Below are positions 1 to 9,377 of a stretch of 32,000 nucleotides of DNA, in pieces. Origin of the DNA: Edaphobacter aggregans (GTDB taxonomy: Bacteria; Acidobacteriota; Terriglobia; Terriglobales; Acidobacteriaceae); contig NZ_RSDW01000001.1 of assembly GCF_003945235.1 (NCBI RefSeq), positions 1,500,001-1,532,000 of the forward strand, read 5' to 3'. A program made the position numbers and the translations under genes. Numbering within the stretch: the first letter of the stretch is position 1; each line of letters starts with the position of its first letter. The notes below the pieces were generated by a model. That model made no database searches. It was not told the DNA's origin and saw only the letters and a program-made list of their open reading frames with translations.

Positions 1-73
1 CCGGCGCCACATCCTGCGCCAGAGCCACCGCCGCCCCCAGAAAGCCCACCCACAAAAATCGCATCGTCCTCAT
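1..73 (-). CDS. 5' end of a CDS running off the left edge (signal-peptide-like N-terminus)
   Basis: Reverse complement of 1-73 reads ATG AGG ACG ATG CGA TTT TTG TGG GTG GGC TTT CTG GGG GCG GCG GTG GCT CTG GCG CAG GAT GTG GCG CCG = MRTMRFLWVGFLGAAVALAQDVAP. This is a basic then hydrophobic then A-x-A pattern. GGAGAG (revcomp of 83-88) lies 9 nt upstream. G-ending codons match the other minus-strand genes. Only 24 codons are visible. Confidence 0.3.
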   Translation of the reverse strand, partial: MRTMRFLWVGFLGAAVALAQDVAP

Positions 74-399
74 CACGTCAAACTCTCCATCTCCGCTCCG
101 GCAATCTCCCCAGAAAACCCTGTCAAGCCCAAAGGCACACTAAAGCCATCTGGATCAGATACTTACCAGTGCGGTTTAATATTCACCCATCCGTTAAAAT
201 TAAAATAGGCAAGAAAACGGCAACCTCGCGCTCATCCAAGGCTGTTTTCTTTTAGACGAACACTAACACAGATTGGCTAACTAGCCTATTAAGAATACTT
301 TGGCGGTAATAACACCCAAAACAAGGGCTTTAGATCCGAGGTCTGGACCTAAACCATGTTATTCGAATACTTTACGACCAAAAGTACCCTCCGTGGGGG

Positions 400-1725
400 T
401 CACTCAGGCTTATCCTCAGCCACCAGGATCTGAAGGCAAAGCGGCTTCTCCAGCATGCAATCCAGCTTCGCAATCGAGGCCACCGCCTTCTCGATCGTCG
501 AAGTCAGACAAGGCTCCGTCGTCACCACAAACGGCAACCGATGCTTAGGGAACCCCGGCTTCTGCAGCAGCGAGTCAATATTGGCCCCCACCTTCGCCAA
601 GGCACCCGCAATCGCCGAAACAATCCCCGGCTTATCATCCACCACAAACCGCAGGTAATGCGGAGCCAGAAACTCCCCCGTCGTCTCCCGCTTCCGCACC
701 GGCAGCTCCACAGCCTTGCACCCCTGAGCCACAGCCAGCAAGTCCGACACCACCGCCACCGCCGTAGGCTCCCCCCCGGCCCCATGGCCCGAAAAAACAA
801 CATCCCCGCCGAACCGCCCACTCGCGACGACCATATTCTGCGTCCCATGCGACCACGCCATCGGCGAAGTCAGCGGCACCAGCATCGGAGCCACCCGCGC
901 ATGCACCAGCGTCCCATCCACCTGCGCCCGCGAAACCTGCCGAATCGTGCAGTTCAGCTCCTTCGCATACGTAAAGTCGATCGCCTCAACCGTCGAAATA
1001 CTCTGCGTCGCCACCGCATCCGGATCGAGCTCCGCATGCAGAGCAATCCGCGACAGGATACAAAGCTTCGCCCGTGCATCGAATCCATCCACATCCGCCG
1101 AAGGATTCGCCTCCGCATAACCAAGCTGCTGCGCATCCGCCAACACCGTAGCGTAGTCCGCACCCGCCTCCATCCGGCTCAGGATGTAGTTACAAGTCCC
1201 ATTCACAATCCCACTCAACCGGGTCAACTGATCCCCACCCAGCCCCTGCCGAATCCCCGGAATCACCGGCACCCCCCCAGCCACCGCCGCCCCATAAACC
1301 AACTGCACCCCATGCCGCCCAGCCAGCTTCGCCAGATTAGCCCCGCGATAAGCAATCAACTGCTTATTAGCCGTGACCACAGACTTACCCGCAGTCAAAG
1401 CCTTACGAAGCCACCCCTCCACCGGGTTGAGCCCACCCATCAACTCAATCACCACATCAACATCCGACTTCAAAACATCATCAATGTTCTCCGTCCAAAC
1501 CACCGACGCAGGAACAAACTTAGCCCCAGCAGACGCACGCTTCCGCTCCACATTGCGGTTGAAGATATGCGTCAGCTGCAACCCAGGAAACTTCGACGCC
1601 GCCAGCACCTGCGCCACACCGCTGCCCACCGTCCCAAATCCCAGCAGCGCTACCTTCACAGTTGATCCCACCACAACCTTCTTAGCCTTCGATTGACCCT
1701 TAACCTTCGTCTGCTTCATCACCAT
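400..1725 (-). CDS. hom: homoserine dehydrogenase with C-terminal ACT domain
   Basis: 441-aa ORF. N-terminal Rossmann motif VALLGFGTVGSGV, the core NGTCNYIL and YAEANPSADVDGFDA motifs typical of homoserine dehydrogenase, and an ACT-like tail (LRFVVDDKPGIVSAIAGALA). The start could also be the third codon (ATG at 1719). Confidence 0.9.
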   Translation of the reverse strand: MVMKQTKVKGQSKAKKVVVGSTVKVALLGFGTVGSGVAQVLAASKFPGLQLTHIFNRNVERKRASAGAKFVPASVVWTENIDDVLKSDVDVVIELMGGLNPVEGWLRKALTAGKSVVTANKQLIAYRGANLAKLAGRHGVQLVYGAAVAGGVPVIPGIRQGLGGDQLTRLSGIVNGTCNYILSRMEAGADYATVLADAQQLGYAEANPSADVDGFDARAKLCILSRIALHAELDPDAVATQSISTVEAIDFTYAKELNCTIRQVSRAQVDGTLVHARVAPMLVPLTSPMAWSHGTQNMVVASGRFGGDVVFSGHGAGGEPTAVAVVSDLLAVAQGCKAVELPVRKRETTGEFLAPHYLRFVVDDKPGIVSAIAGALAKVGANIDSLLQKPGFPKHRLPFVVTTEPCLTSTIEKAVASIAKLDCMLEKPLCLQILVAEDKPE

Positions 1726-1728
1726 CTC

Positions 1729-2202
1729 TTAGTAGTGGATTCTGCCCGTATGCTTACCCCAGGCCTCAAAGCTCGCAACAGCCTTCTCTCGCAACAAGTT
1801 CACAATAGGAATCGTGCGCTGATGCAATGGCAGTTTCACCTCTTCGTAGAGAAACGCATCATCAAATCCAGCTGCCGCCGCATCCCCAGCCGTTCCGCCA
1901 AAGTAGATCGCATCGCAACGCGACCAATAGATCGCCGCCAGGCACATCGGACAAGGCTCACAGCTCGTATAAATCTCGCACCCAGCAAGGCTGAACGTCT
2001 CAAGCGCCGCACAAGCATTCCGGATCGCCGTAACCTCAGCATGCGCCGTCGGATCGTTCGTCGTCGTCACCAGATTGGTGCCCGTGCCCACAATCTCTCC
2101 ATCGCGCACTATCACCGCGCCGAACGGCCCTCCGCGCTTTGAGACGACATTCTCCGTCGCCAGCGCTATCGCCTTTTCCATAAAGATGGGATTGCCCTGC
2201 AT
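1729..2202 (-). CDS. guaD: guanine deaminase (CDA-fold, GuaD type)
   Basis: 157 aa. Zinc motifs HAEVTAIR and CEPCPMC. Near-colinear similarity to my recollection of Bacillus subtilis GuaD (GGPFGAVIV.DG, NDPTAHAEVTAIR, YTSCEPCPMCL.AIYW, AGFDD.F.Y.E). Stop lies 3 nt before the hom start. Sits beside purine-catabolic genes. Confidence 0.85.
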   Translation of the reverse strand: MQGNPIFMEKAIALATENVVSKRGGPFGAVIVRDGEIVGTGTNLVTTTNDPTAHAEVTAIRNACAALETFSLAGCEIYTSCEPCPMCLAAIYWSRCDAIYFGGTAGDAAAAGFDDAFLYEEVKLPLHQRTIPIVNLLREKAVASFEAWGKHTGRIHY

Positions 2203-2242
2203 TCTGCTCGGTATCCTTGTACAGTCACGGGATAATCAAATT
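2203..2242. promoter_or_regulatory. 40-bp divergent intergenic region guaD<->allB with an AT-rich inverted repeat ATAAT-caa-ATTAT (2232-2244)
   Basis: This is the only AT-rich block between the two start codons. It reads GATAAT on the + strand (2231-2236, 6 nt before the allB ATG) and CATAAT on the - strand (revcomp of 2240-2245). No SD precedes allB. AAGGA lies 11 nt upstream of the guaD ATG. Confidence 0.4.
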
Positions 2243-3592
2243 ATGGCACACGCCTTCCTCTCGAACCGGGTCGTCACGCCTCACGGCACGCAGCCCGCAG
2301 CACTCCTCATCGAAGGCGGCATCATCCGCGCAGTCTGCCGCCCCTCCGAACTCCCCGCCGGCACCATCATCCACGACTGCGGTAACGACGCCATCCTCCC
2401 CGGCCTCATCGACACCCACGTCCACATCAACGAACCCGGACGCACCGAATGGGAAGGCTTCCGCACCGCCACCCGAGCCGCCGCCGCCGGAGGCTACACC
2501 ACCCTCATCGACATGCCCCTCAACTGCCTCCCCGAAACCACCACCGTCGAAGCCCTCGCAGCGAAACGCACAGCCGCTCAGGGACAGTGCTTCGTCGACT
2601 GGGCCCCTTGGGGCGGAGCCGTAGCCGACAATCAGCCCCACATCCTCCCGCTCGCCCGCGCCGGAGTCCTCGGCTACAAGTGCTTCCTCATCTACCCCGG
2701 TTGCGACGGCTTCACCATGATCGACCAGCAGCAACTCGAAGCCGCCCTCCCCCACATCGCCACCTCCGGCCTCCCCCTGCTCGTCCACGCTGAACTAGCC
2801 GCCCCCATCGATCGCGCAACAGCAACCCTCCAGAACGCCGATTGGCGAAGCTACAGCACCTACCTGCAATCCCGCCCCGACGAAGCCGAGCTCGAAGCCA
2901 TCCGCCTGATGATCCGCCTCTGCCGTCAGTACAAGTTCCGCCTCCACATCGTCCACCTCTCCACGGCCCTCGCGCTCGACGAACTCAAAGCCGCCCGCGC
3001 CGAAGGCCTCCCCATCACCATCGAAACCTGCCCCCACTACCTCCACTTCGCCGCGGAAGACATCCCCGACGGAGCAACCCTCCTCAAGTGCGCCCCACCC
3101 ATCCGCAACCGCGCCAACCGCGAATCCCTCTGGCAAGCACTCAGCGACGGCACAATCGACATGATCGTCACCGACCACTCCCCCTGCCCACCCGAGATGA
3201 AGCGCGCCGAAACAGGCCGCTTTGATCAAGCATGGGGCGGAATCGCCAGTCTCTCCATCGCGTTCCCTCTCATCCACACAGAGTGCATACGCCGCGGATT
3301 CACCCTCGATCACCTCGCCCGCTGGATGAGCAGCGCCCCTGCCTCCCTCGCCGGAATCAACCACATCGCCGGAGCACTCGAACTCAACCGCCAAGCCAAC
3401 TTCATCATCTTCGACACCGAAGTAGAGTTCACCGTCACACCAGACAAACTCCACTACCGCCACCCAATCTCGGCCTACATGGGAGAGAAGTTACGCGGCA
3501 CAATCAAAGCAACCTACCTGCGCGGCAAACCCATATACCAAAACGAACTCATAACAGACACACCCCAAGGCCACGAGCTCACGCTATCCTAA
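2243..3592 (+). CDS. allB: allantoinase (cyclic amidohydrolase)
   Basis: Within track ORF 2075-3592. ATG 2243 (MAHAFLSNR) was chosen because the upstream extension overlaps guaD. Motifs: DTHVHINEPGRTEWEGF, metal-ligand HxH, VTDHSPC, LIDMPLN. All are typical of allantoinase/dihydroorotase-fold enzymes. Confidence 0.9.
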   Translation: MAHAFLSNRVVTPHGTQPAALLIEGGIIRAVCRPSELPAGTIIHDCGNDAILPGLIDTHVHINEPGRTEWEGFRTATRAAAAGGYTTLIDMPLNCLPETTTVEALAAKRTAAQGQCFVDWAPWGGAVADNQPHILPLARAGVLGYKCFLIYPGCDGFTMIDQQQLEAALPHIATSGLPLLVHAELAAPIDRATATLQNADWRSYSTYLQSRPDEAELEAIRLMIRLCRQYKFRLHIVHLSTALALDELKAARAEGLPITIETCPHYLHFAAEDIPDGATLLKCAPPIRNRANRESLWQALSDGTIDMIVTDHSPCPPEMKRAETGRFDQAWGGIASLSIAFPLIHTECIRRGFTLDHLARWMSSAPASLAGINHIAGALELNRQANFIIFDTEVEFTVTPDKLHYRHPISAYMGEKLRGTIKATYLRGKPIYQNELITDTPQGHELTLS

Positions 3593-3600
3593 GCCAACAC

Positions 3601-4116
3601 ATGAACCCAGTTCTTACCCGATGGAACGCGCTCGACGCCGAATCAGCCGCCCGCGAGGTACTGCCCTGCTGCGGTTCAAGCGCATGGGCCGCACAACTCG
3701 CCGCAAAGCGACCCATCGTAAACGAAGCCACACTCCTCGAAGTCTCCAAAACAGTATGGTTCTCGCTTCCAGAAGAAGCATGGCAGGAAGCCTTCGACAG
3801 CCACCCACGCATCGGCCAGAAGCATGCTCAAACGCACACCACCGAAGAGTCCCTACGCTGCTCCGCACAAGAGCAACGCACTGCCGTCTCCGAAGACGAA
3901 GCCGCAAAACTCGCACTCGAAGAGGCCAATCGCCACTACGAACAACGCTTCGGCCGCATCTTCATCGTCTGCGCCACAGGAAAAACCGCCCGAGAGATTC
4001 TCAGCATCCTCGATCAACGCATGACCAACGACGCATCCACCGAGCTACGCGAAGCAGCCGAGCAACAACGCCAGATCACTGAGCTTCGCCTCCGTCGCTG
4101 GCTGGAGTCAACCTAA
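3601..4116 (+). CDS. uraD: 2-oxo-4-hydroxy-4-carboxy-5-ureidoimidazoline (OHCU) decarboxylase
   Basis: 171 aa from ATG 3601, the in-frame tail of track ORF 3232-4116. Conserved HPRIG motif, FIVCATGKTAREIL, and a C-terminal E..QQ.QITELRL pattern of OHCU decarboxylases. Starts 8 nt after the allB stop. Confidence 0.85.
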   Translation: MNPVLTRWNALDAESAAREVLPCCGSSAWAAQLAAKRPIVNEATLLEVSKTVWFSLPEEAWQEAFDSHPRIGQKHAQTHTTEESLRCSAQEQRTAVSEDEAAKLALEEANRHYEQRFGRIFIVCATGKTAREILSILDQRMTNDASTELREAAEQQRQITELRLRRWLEST

Positions 4117-4117
4117 T

Positions 4118-4456
4118 ATGGGCATCTCGACACACATCCTCGACACCACAATCGGACGCCCGGCAACAGGAGTCTCTGTCACACTCTCACGCATGAGCGA
4201 CGGCGCATGGCACTCAATCGCTACAACCGTCACCGACTCCGACGGCCGCTGCAAAGACCTCCTGCCGCCGACAGAGCCACCGCACTCCGGCACCTATCGC
4301 ATACACTTCGAAACATCCACCTACTACACACAGCATTACCAACAAGGTCTCTACCCATACATCGAAATCGTCTTCGAAGTACGCAACACCGAGCAGCACT
4401 ACCACATCCCTCTTCTCCTCACCGCCAACGGCTACACCACCTACCGAGGAAGCTGA
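4118..4456 (+). CDS. uraH: 5-hydroxyisourate hydrolase (transthyretin-like)
   Basis: 112 aa. N-terminal STHILDT, internal YHIPLLL, and the C-terminal YRGS signature that separates HIU hydrolases from transthyretins. Starts 1 nt after the uraD stop. Confidence 0.9.
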   Translation: MGISTHILDTTIGRPATGVSVTLSRMSDGAWHSIATTVTDSDGRCKDLLPPTEPPHSGTYRIHFETSTYYTQHYQQGLYPYIEIVFEVRNTEQHYHIPLLLTANGYTTYRGS

Positions 4457-4459
4457 AGC

Positions 4460-5308
4460 ATGATCGAGCTAGCAGAAAACCGTTACGGCAAATCCCGCGT
4501 GCGCCTCATGAAGGTCACGCGACACCCCCACGGCCACGACCTCCACGAGTGGACCGTGCAGATCCTCCTCAAAGGCGACTTCGACTCCGCCCACATCGAC
4601 GGCGACAACAGCAAAATCCTCCCCACCGACACGATGAAGAACACCGTCTACTCCATCGCCCGCAACTCCACCGCAACCTCGATGGAAGCCTACGCCCAGG
4701 AGCTCACCGACTTCCTCCTCAGTCGCAATCCACAAGTCTCCTCCGCTGCCATCCGCATCGAAAGCACCCTCTGGCGCCGTCTCACCGTCAATGGTGAACC
4801 CCACCCCACCACCTTCATGCGTGGCAGCAATGAACTCCAGACCACACACGTCGAGCGCGCCCAGGACAGTGAATTTCAAATCCACTCCGGCCTCGACAAC
4901 CTCGTCCTCCTCAAAACCGCGAACTCCGGCTTCGAAGGCTACATCAAGGACTCCCTCACCACATTGAAAGAAACCAGCGACCGTCTCTTCGGAACAGCCA
5001 TGCGCGCCGAATGGCACTACACCACCACCAACCTCGATCACGAAGCCGTCCGCGCCACCATCCGCGAAGCCATGCTCCGCACCTTCGCTGAGCACGACAG
5101 CAAATCCGTCCAGCAAACCCTCTACGCCATGGCAAAGAGCGCCCTCGAAGCCACACCCGAGATCGACGACATCGAAATCACGATGCCCAACAAGCACTGT
5201 CTCTTAGTCGACCTCTCTCGCTTCGACCAGGACAACCCAAACGAAATCTTCGTCCCCACCGACGAACCTCACGGCTACATCGAAGCCCGCGTCCGCCGCA
5301 CCGCCTGA
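4460..5308 (+). CDS. uox: cofactor-independent urate oxidase (uricase)
   Basis: 282 aa. YGKSRVRLMKV N-terminus, LPTDTMKNTVY and the two-T-fold-domain length typical of uricase. Starts 3 nt after the uraH stop. Confidence 0.9.
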   Translation: MIELAENRYGKSRVRLMKVTRHPHGHDLHEWTVQILLKGDFDSAHIDGDNSKILPTDTMKNTVYSIARNSTATSMEAYAQELTDFLLSRNPQVSSAAIRIESTLWRRLTVNGEPHPTTFMRGSNELQTTHVERAQDSEFQIHSGLDNLVLLKTANSGFEGYIKDSLTTLKETSDRLFGTAMRAEWHYTTTNLDHEAVRATIREAMLRTFAEHDSKSVQQTLYAMAKSALEATPEIDDIEITMPNKHCLLVDLSRFDQDNPNEIFVPTDEPHGYIEARVRRTA

Positions 5309-6564
5309 TGACAACCACCAACACACAACGCGCCGAAAAAATCATCACCCGCTGCCGCCAACTCGCAGCCTTCACCGAAGTCCCCGGCGAAACCACGCGC
5401 CCTTTCCTCTCCCCGTCCATGCACGAGGTCCACACTCTCCTGCGGCAATGGATGGAAGCCGCCGGCATGACGGTCCACATCGACGCCATCGGTAACCTCC
5501 GCGGCCTCTATCCCGCCATCACACCCAACGCCCCACGCCTCATCATCGCCTCGCACCTCGACACTGTACCCAACGCCGGAGCCTTCGACGGCATTCTCGG
5601 CGTCGTCCTCGGCGTCACCATCATCGAAGAACTCCGCAACCAGCACCTACCCTTAGCCATCGAAGTCATCGGCTTCTCCGAAGAAGAGGGCGTCCGCTTC
5701 AGCAAGCCCTTCCTCGGCAGCCTCGCACTCATCGGCAAACTCGACGCCGAAACCCTCACCCGCACCGACACGAACGGCACGACCATCGCAAAAACCATCC
5801 GCAACTTCGGCCTGAACCCCGACGATCTCCACGCCGCAACACTATCACCCGAAACCTTCGCCTACCTTGAATTCCACATCGAGCAAGGCCCCGTCCTCGA
5901 AAGCGAATCGCGTCCACTAGGCATCGTCGCCGCCATCGCCGGACAGACCCGCCTGCAACTCACCTTCACCGGCCAAGCCAACCACGCCGGAACCACCCCC
6001 ATGCATCTGCGCCACGACGCCATGGCCGCCGCCGCCGAGTGGATCACCGCCGTAGAAGCCTACGCCACAAACGCACCCTCACTCGTAGCAACCGTAGGCA
6101 AAATAGAAGCCTCTCCCAACGCAGGCAACGTCATCGCCGAAACTGTAATCGCATCACTCGACATTCGCCACGCCAACGATCAGATCCGCACAACAGCCGT
6201 AGCATCCCTGCTCGAAGCCGCAAACACGATCGCCAACAAACGCGGAGTCAAAATCGCCTCGCACATTCATCTCGACCAGCCAGCCGTCCCCATGGACGCG
6301 CACCTGACCCATCTCCTGCAAACAGCAGCCACACAAGCAGGCCTCCCCAGCCGCACCATGACAAGCGGAGCAGGCCACGACGCCATGATCCTCGCCCCCC
6401 ACATCCCCTCAACCATGCTCTTCCTCCGCAGCCCCGGCGGCATCAGCCACCACCCCGACGAGACCGTCCTGCCCGAAGACATAGAAGCCGCGCTAGCTAC
6501 CGCAATGGAGTTCCTCTCCATCCTGAGCGAAGATATATCCTCCACCAAGGAAGCCCATGCATAA
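5308..6564 (+). CDS. allC: allantoate amidohydrolase (M20 Zn/Mn hydrolase, AllC type)
   Basis: 418 aa. SHLDTVPNAGAFDGILGV, FSEEEG.RF, EFHIEQGPVLE and SGAGHDAM motifs of the AllC/N-carbamoyl-amino-acid hydrolase family. The start overlaps the uox stop (TGATG). The function call rests on operon context. Confidence 0.8.
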   Translation: MTTTNTQRAEKIITRCRQLAAFTEVPGETTRPFLSPSMHEVHTLLRQWMEAAGMTVHIDAIGNLRGLYPAITPNAPRLIIASHLDTVPNAGAFDGILGVVLGVTIIEELRNQHLPLAIEVIGFSEEEGVRFSKPFLGSLALIGKLDAETLTRTDTNGTTIAKTIRNFGLNPDDLHAATLSPETFAYLEFHIEQGPVLESESRPLGIVAAIAGQTRLQLTFTGQANHAGTTPMHLRHDAMAAAAEWITAVEAYATNAPSLVATVGKIEASPNAGNVIAETVIASLDIRHANDQIRTTAVASLLEAANTIANKRGVKIASHIHLDQPAVPMDAHLTHLLQTAATQAGLPSRTMTSGAGHDAMILAPHIPSTMLFLRSPGGISHHPDETVLPEDIEAALATAMEFLSILSEDISSTKEAHA

Positions 6565-7291
6565 CCTAGGCCACACTCGCAGCACCAACCAGCGCGACCA
6601 CCTCCTCCACACGCCCGACACCTTCGTCCGCGCCCCACTCCCCGGCATGCAGAACGCCAACGCCATCATCCACATCTCCCCCGCCGCCGGAGCAGCTTTC
6701 ACCCAATACACCGCCGAACTCGCACCCGGAGGCTCCCTCAGCCCCGCCTCCACCCAGCGCTTCATCTACCTACTCGAAGGCGCCGCGGACCTCACCACCG
6801 AGACCCTCACCAAAACCCTCACGCCCGCCACCTACGCCTACATCCCCACCGGCACAAACCACACCATCAAGGCCCAGCAAGCCACCCGCATCGCCGTCAT
6901 CGAAAAGACCTACGACCCACTCTCCTCCACCACCCCACCCGAAGTCTTCATCGGCGACGAAACCACCATCACACCCAACCCACTCAACGGCGATGCCGAC
7001 CTCCAGGTCCGCCCCCTCCTACCCGACAACCCGGCCTTCGACTTCGCCGTCAACACCATGGCCTACAATCCTGGAGCCGCCCTCTCAATGGTCGAAGTCC
7101 ACATCATGGAGCACGGTCTCCTCATGCTCGAAGGCGGCGGCATCTACCGCCTCGGCGACCACTGGTACCCCGTGACCGCAGGCGACTTCATCTGGATGGC
7201 CCCCTTCTGCCCTCAGTGGTTCGGAGCCATAGGCAAACAACCCGCAAAGTACCTCATCTACAAAGACTGGAACCGCCACCCCCTGACATAA
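6557..7291 (+). CDS. allE: (S)-ureidoglycine aminohydrolase (bicupin, AllE/YlbA type)
   Basis: 244 aa. Two cupin halves (YLLEGAADL...YAYIP and VHIMEHGLLMLEGGGIYRLGDHWYPVTAGDFIWM) are colinear with my recollection of E. coli AllE. There is an 8-nt overlap with the allC stop (ATGCATAA). Confidence 0.75.
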   Translation: MHNLGHTRSTNQRDHLLHTPDTFVRAPLPGMQNANAIIHISPAAGAAFTQYTAELAPGGSLSPASTQRFIYLLEGAADLTTETLTKTLTPATYAYIPTGTNHTIKAQQATRIAVIEKTYDPLSSTTPPEVFIGDETTITPNPLNGDADLQVRPLLPDNPAFDFAVNTMAYNPGAALSMVEVHIMEHGLLMLEGGGIYRLGDHWYPVTAGDFIWMAPFCPQWFGAIGKQPAKYLIYKDWNRHPLT

Positions 7292-7312
7292 TCGAATACG
7301 TAGAGGTGCAGC

Positions 7313-8197
7313 ATGGCAGTCTCCTGGGCACTCATCTCCGGAGCATCCACCGGCATAGGCCGCGCAGTTGCAATGCAACTACTCTCAGAGGGCTTCCATG
7401 TAATCGCCGGAGTCCGCTCACCAGCCGCAGCAGACCGTCTCCGACAGCAAGCCGCAACCATCAAATCGGCCAGCCTCGAAACCACAACCCTCGACGTCAC
7501 CGACCAGTCCTCCATCGACGCCGCCGTAGCCCACGCCGCCGAACTCTCCGGCCCTGACGGCCTTCGCGCCGTGATCAACAACGCCGGCATCGGTGTCCCC
7601 GGCCCACTCGAGCACCTCACCCCATCCGATTGGCGACGCCAGTTCGACGTCAACTTCTTCGGAGCCATCGACCTCACACGCGCCACCCTCCCACTCCTCC
7701 GCCGCGCCGTCGCCGCACACGGCCGTGGCGTCCCGCGTCTGCTCTTCATCAGTTCCATCGGCGGACGCATCGCCCAGCCCCTCATGGCTCCCTACACCTG
7801 CAGCAAATTCGCCCTCTCCGCACTCGGAGACAGCCTTCGTCTTGAACTCCGCCCTCAGGGCATCGGCGTCACCGTCATTGAGCCCGGCGCCATCGCCACC
7901 GACATCTGGTCCAAAGGTCAGGACTCCGCCGCCGACTACACGCCCGACCACCCCGCCCGCAAACTCTACAGCCGCGAGATCGAAGGCCTCATCGCACTCG
8001 CCCAGAAAGCCGCGAGCAATGCCATACCCGCCGAAAAGGCCGCCGAAGAAGTAGTCCACACCATCACCGCCGCCCGCGCTCCCGCCCGCGTGCTCATCGG
8101 CCAAGACGCCAAAATCGCCGCCCGCCTCAAATCCCTCCTACCCACCAGCGTCTTCGACAACATCCTCGCCAAACAGTTCGGCATCCCCAAGCAGTAA
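7313..8197 (+). CDS. short-chain dehydrogenase/reductase (classical SDR), substrate unknown
   Basis: 294 aa. SGASTGIG cofactor motif, NNAG, catalytic S...YTCSK. GAGGTG SD. Starts 21 nt after allE, so it is probably the last gene of the operon. Confidence 0.85.
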   Translation: MAVSWALISGASTGIGRAVAMQLLSEGFHVIAGVRSPAAADRLRQQAATIKSASLETTTLDVTDQSSIDAAVAHAAELSGPDGLRAVINNAGIGVPGPLEHLTPSDWRRQFDVNFFGAIDLTRATLPLLRRAVAAHGRGVPRLLFISSIGGRIAQPLMAPYTCSKFALSALGDSLRLELRPQGIGVTVIEPGAIATDIWSKGQDSAADYTPDHPARKLYSREIEGLIALAQKAASNAIPAEKAAEEVVHTITAARAPARVLIGQDAKIAARLKSLLPTSVFDNILAKQFGIPKQ

Positions 8198-8200
8198 GTC

Positions 8201-9358
8201 TCAACCCGAGACGTTCTGCACCATCTCCGACATCATCCGGTAGAGAGCCATATCCATCTCCTGATGAGGCTCCGTTCGCGTATTGCAAACAGCCGCAGCG
8301 CACGAGCCATCCGCGGTCCGGATCATGAACGAAGTTGACCCAGGCAAACTTCCACTGTGCCACCAGGCTCCGGTCCCGTTATCGCTGACCATCCAACCAC
8401 GCGCGTAACGTCCGTTGCCTGTGGGAGAGGCCGGCGTCGGAGTCGTCATAACGCGAATCGTTTCAGGCTTCAAAAGTGCGGCAATATTCGGCGCTCCAGC
8501 AACATGGTCCAGAAACTGAACAAGTTGTGTGGACGAGGCAATCCACCCATCACACGAATCCATGCGGCTGACGTTGATTTTGTAAGGATCTTCCGAGTAT
8601 TGACCGATGGAGACAACCTCGTTCGCGCCGCGCTGTCTCTCGCTATTACGGCCGATCTGCATACTGGTGATGCCACAAGGACCAAGAATATTGGCTTGAA
8701 CATAAGCATCGTAAGGCTGGCCAGCCACCTGTTCGATGACCCTACCCAGCAGGCAATATCCAAAGTTGGAATAGATCCATTGCGTACCCGGCTGACTGGT
8801 AAGCGGTACGTTTTCGATGGTCGTCGTAATTAGCTTTGCCTGATCCCAACCGTTGTTATGAAACATGGGATCATTCTCATCAGCAGCCCACCCGCCAGCG
8901 GTGTGAGTAAGAAGGTGGTCCACAGTAACCTCGGCCACATAGGGCTTATAGGAAGCCTTGCCATACTTAGCATTAAGTATCCCTGCAGGACCAAACACCT
9001 TGTCCGTAAGATTCAACTTGCCGTTCTCGATCAGGAAGAAAATCGTAACCGCAGTAATCGGCTTGGAGAGATCGGCGATACGAAAAAGACTGTCCTGCTG
9101 GGCCTGCGTCAGGTGTTGACGATCAGCCATGCCGCCCGCGCGATCATAGACAAATCGCCCATCCTTCGAGATCGCAACCGACATGGCAGGCACGCGATAT
9201 TGCCGCTGAAATCCTTCCGTATTAAAGCGTCCCTGACCTAACTCGCGTTGAGCGAGCACACTCAATGCCGGTACACCGATAGCTGTCGCAGCACTTGCGC
9301 GAAGCAAGTTCGTTACAACAGCCCTGCGAGTAACATGATTGATTGGCATAAGGCTCAC
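8201..9358 (-). CDS. beta-lactamase/transpeptidase-fold (serine-hydrolase family) protein lacking the SxxK serine, with a Tat-like signal
   Basis: 385 aa. Family pattern FRIA-x-x-SK-x-x-TA, LLTHTAGG, YSNFGY.LLG. The nucleophile position reads D (FRIADLSKPITA). N-terminus TRRAVV...ALSVLAQ. The track start is GTG 9358; ATG 9349 is an alternative. Confidence 0.8.
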   Translation of the reverse strand: MSLMPINHVTRRAVVTNLLRASAATAIGVPALSVLAQRELGQGRFNTEGFQRQYRVPAMSVAISKDGRFVYDRAGGMADRQHLTQAQQDSLFRIADLSKPITAVTIFFLIENGKLNLTDKVFGPAGILNAKYGKASYKPYVAEVTVDHLLTHTAGGWAADENDPMFHNNGWDQAKLITTTIENVPLTSQPGTQWIYSNFGYCLLGRVIEQVAGQPYDAYVQANILGPCGITSMQIGRNSERQRGANEVVSIGQYSEDPYKINVSRMDSCDGWIASSTQLVQFLDHVAGAPNIAALLKPETIRVMTTPTPASPTGNGRYARGWMVSDNGTGAWWHSGSLPGSTSFMIRTADGSCAAAVCNTRTEPHQEMDMALYRMMSEMVQNVSG

Positions 9359-9377
9359 TTAGCCCATTCGATAATCA

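Noticed and set aside
541-1665. 374-aa + strand ORF antisense to hom
   Set aside because: R/P/H/L/N-rich low-complexity translation with no motifs. It fully overlaps a well-supported homoserine dehydrogenase. It is a stop-free frame caused by the C-rich strand.
2075-2242. N-terminal extension of allB in the track ORF
   Set aside because: It would overlap 128 nt of guaD on the opposite strand. Its translation (MVPVPTISPSRTITAPNG...) is the antisense of guaD and not allantoinase-like. ATG 2243 gives a normal allantoinase N-terminus.
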